Shown here: piece by piece, positions 61,634 to 64,000 of the stretch
Position numbering within the stretch: position 1 is the first letter of the stretch
Layout: every line of letters starts with the position of its first letter
DNA from: Centroscyllium fabricii
Lineage: Eukaryota
Length of the DNA stretch: 64,000 nucleotides
Assembly: GCA_051313645.2 (NCBI GenBank)
Contig: JBNRSN020000005.1
Location: 303,800,001 to 303,864,000 of the forward strand
Reading direction: 5' to 3'
Made by a program: the position numbers and the translations under genes
Notes under the pieces: model-generated
The model's database searches: none
What the model saw: only the letters and a program-made list of their open reading frames with translations
What the model was told of the DNA's origin: nothing

Positions 61634-62406
61634 GGGCTGGAAATTCGGTGGCTTGCGCCTGCCGTTAGCGCCTTAAGAGGGCTGTTAATTGGGCGCAAGC
61701 CTTGCGTTGCGCCTCCTGCGATATTCCGTGGGGCGCTGACGTGGGCGGTAGCCGTTGGCGTCACACTGAATATGAGGCGCTGTTCGCCGCCGGGGATGAC
61801 GTCATAAGTGTGCGCAGCGCCGCTCTGGTGCCAGCGACTGAAATTGAGTAGCGCGTGCTGAGTATTCGGCGGGCACTGCCCGCGACAGTTTTTTCCTGCG
61901 TGAACTACAGCGGGGGAGTGCTGCTTAAAGGGGAGGGTGCCGGGCTGCCGTTTTTGTTGCTGGCTGACTGCCAGCACCTTCCCCCCTCTGCCGCCCCCGG
62001 CCTCCCCCGCTGCCCACCCCCCACCCCCCCGCTGTGTGATGCCTCCGATCAATGAGCCCGGCACTTCCCTCGAGTGACGGGCTCCTTCGGCGTCATGGCG
62101 TCCCACGGCGGCCCCGCGGGGCTCTGGCCGAAACCGTGCTAGGCCCCTCCCCTTTAATCAGGGAGGAAGGCCTGCAGTACCGCGGCGCGGCACTCTGTGC
62201 TGCCTGTCGCAGCGACCCACAGCGCCCGGAACGTCGGCTGTAGCGCCTAAAGAGTGAGGTCGGGTGCCTGTTTTAGCACCCGACCTCCTACTATGGGCGT
62301 TACAACCGAATTTCAGCACCAACGGCGCCAGCGGTTGGCAGGCGCTAAAAGTAGCATTGCGCCGAGGTTACCGTGAGAAAACGTGCGCGACCCAATTTAT
62401 CCCCCC
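61634..62406. mobile_element. Harbinger-type MITE, CpG-rich
   Basis: GGGCTGGAAATT...AATTTATCCCCCC, TSD ATA. Confidence 0.7.
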
Positions 62407-62497
62407 ATAGTCTTTCCAGTAACTAACAATTGTTTATTTATTAACAACTAGCTGAGAGTGCCTGGCGGTGCTGAGGGAATTCGAAAACGTGCCATGA

Positions 62498-62622
62498 CAG
62501 GGAGAAGGAGAGAGAGAAGGAAGGAGAGAAAGAGACAGAGACAGAGAGGGAAGCAGAGAGAGAGAGAGCAAAGCAGAGAGACAGAGAGGGGGAAGCAGAG
62601 AGACAGAGAGAGAGAGAGAGAA
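62498..62622. repeat. GA-rich microsatellite
   Basis: (GA)n/(GACA) tract. Confidence 0.85.
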
Positions 62623-63794
62623 AATTTAGCGGTTCGATGCTTCTGCCATTCCAGATACCGACCCCCCCTTTCACGTCCTCCCCCCTCCCCCTCTCTCCTC
62701 TCCCCTCAAAGGTCACTTCTCCAGAACAACCTCCAGCTTGTGTACAAACATGTCCACAGTCCCATCAGATGCATTTGAGGGAAATCAGCAACACTGACAT
62801 GTTCATTAAATTGTTGGCATTAAAGAGCTCTTCCTAAGTACCCAAGAGCAATGTAACATTATTCACAAACTTAAAGCGTATCACTGCAATGGAGAAATAA
62901 AATAAACTATTTCAGACATTTAGAGGTCATTTTAGAAATCAGCAGTAAACATTTATTTATTATTATAAAGTATAACAGTAGACCATTTTACACAATCCTG
63001 GAGTTTCAACAAAACGATGGCTGCTTCATTGCTGTCCGGAGCAGAGGAGAGCACGGGGGTGGGCGGGAGAAGGGTAGAGGGGGTGGGAGGAGGAGATCAG
63101 AAGGGCGGAGTAGAACAGAGGGGGGGCAGGACAGCAGAGGGGGGAGGCAGAACAGTAGAGGGGTGGGGATGAGGAGAGCATAAAATTTAGATAACATTAT
63201 AGGTTTGACTTTCGCAGTCATTTAACATCCACAAATTACATGAACTTTTATCTCTCTCGGAGCCGGGGCCGGGCCGCAGGCCTAAACACGCAGTTTGAGG
63301 CCTAGCCGCTCTTAACAGCGGGGTCCAGACCGGGGCGTCGAGTAATGGCGGTGTCCCGACCAGGTGGGACCACACAACCGTGGCGGGGGTGGGGGGGTGT
63401 CGAGCTGCGACGCGCTGCGGCCCTTAGGGGAGGGGACGGCTGCCAAACCCCCCCTCCCCCCGGTATTTTTTATTGAATTTAAAAAAAAAATTATACTTTT
63501 AAATCGTTTTAAAAATGTAAAAAATTTTGGCCATCCATGTTTGTAAAGGAGAAAATGGAATGTTCAGTTTGGAATGTTGGGCAGTGACCATGTTTGTATA
63601 GGAGGAGGACACTTTGCTATCTCGACACGGCACTGAATGCTTGACCAATCCCGACACATCACTTAATGCTATACCCTGTAGGATTGGTCAAGCGGTCATG
63701 TCAGTGTATGCTATCCCACGTACGATTGGTTGAAGAGGGGAGGACAGACGGAAAAACAGAGAGACAGACGCAAGTACCGTTTTATATATATAGA

Positions 63795-63962
63795 TGGTAT
63801 ATTTAAGAAGGAGATAGATAGATTTCTAGACACAAAAGGCATCAAGGGGTATGGGGAGAGAGCAGGATTGAGAGAGGGGATCAGCCATGATCATATTGAA
63901 TGGCTGAGCAGGCTCGAAGGGCCGAATAGCCTACTCCTACTCCTATTTTTCTATGCTTCTAT
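63795..63962 (+). mobile_element. CR1 3' tail
   Basis: FKKEIDRFLDTKGIKGYGE; ggctcgaagggccgaatagcctactcct. Confidence 0.8.
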
Positions 63963-64000
63963 TAGAGGTACACAGCATATCCCAATGAACCTTTAAGGTA

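Overview
Vertebrate nuclear DNA, almost certainly a shark or other cartilaginous fish (HE1/V-SINE and Deu-type SINEs, shark-type CR1 and Penelope families). The only host gene is on the minus strand: ten GT-AG exons (61299 down to 6077, 1279 nt, one open frame) of a receptor guanylyl cyclase most like GUCY2G/GC-G. They cover the end of the extracellular domain, the TM helix and most of the kinase-homology domain; both gene ends lie outside the window. The introns are nested transposons: four full-length Gypsy elements, four solo LTRs, a near full-length CR1 inside an older CR1, CR1/L2/Penelope fragments (some with minimal hammerhead ribozyme motifs), SINEs, and Harbinger-type and Tigger-type MITEs. 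Two of the Gypsy elements are CsRn1-type with a tRNA-Trp PBS. The most striking signal is in the other two (32943-37807 +, 49015-53528 -). They have no tRNA PBS. Instead, 1 nt after the 5' LTR lies a perfect 13-15 nt complement of a segment of their own LTR that overlaps the poly(A) signal, with compensatory differences between the two families, which points to tRNA-independent self-priming. Both also carry a YLDN RT active site, and all three insertions of this lineage sit inside Harbinger-type MITEs. All calls are by eye; no database search was run.
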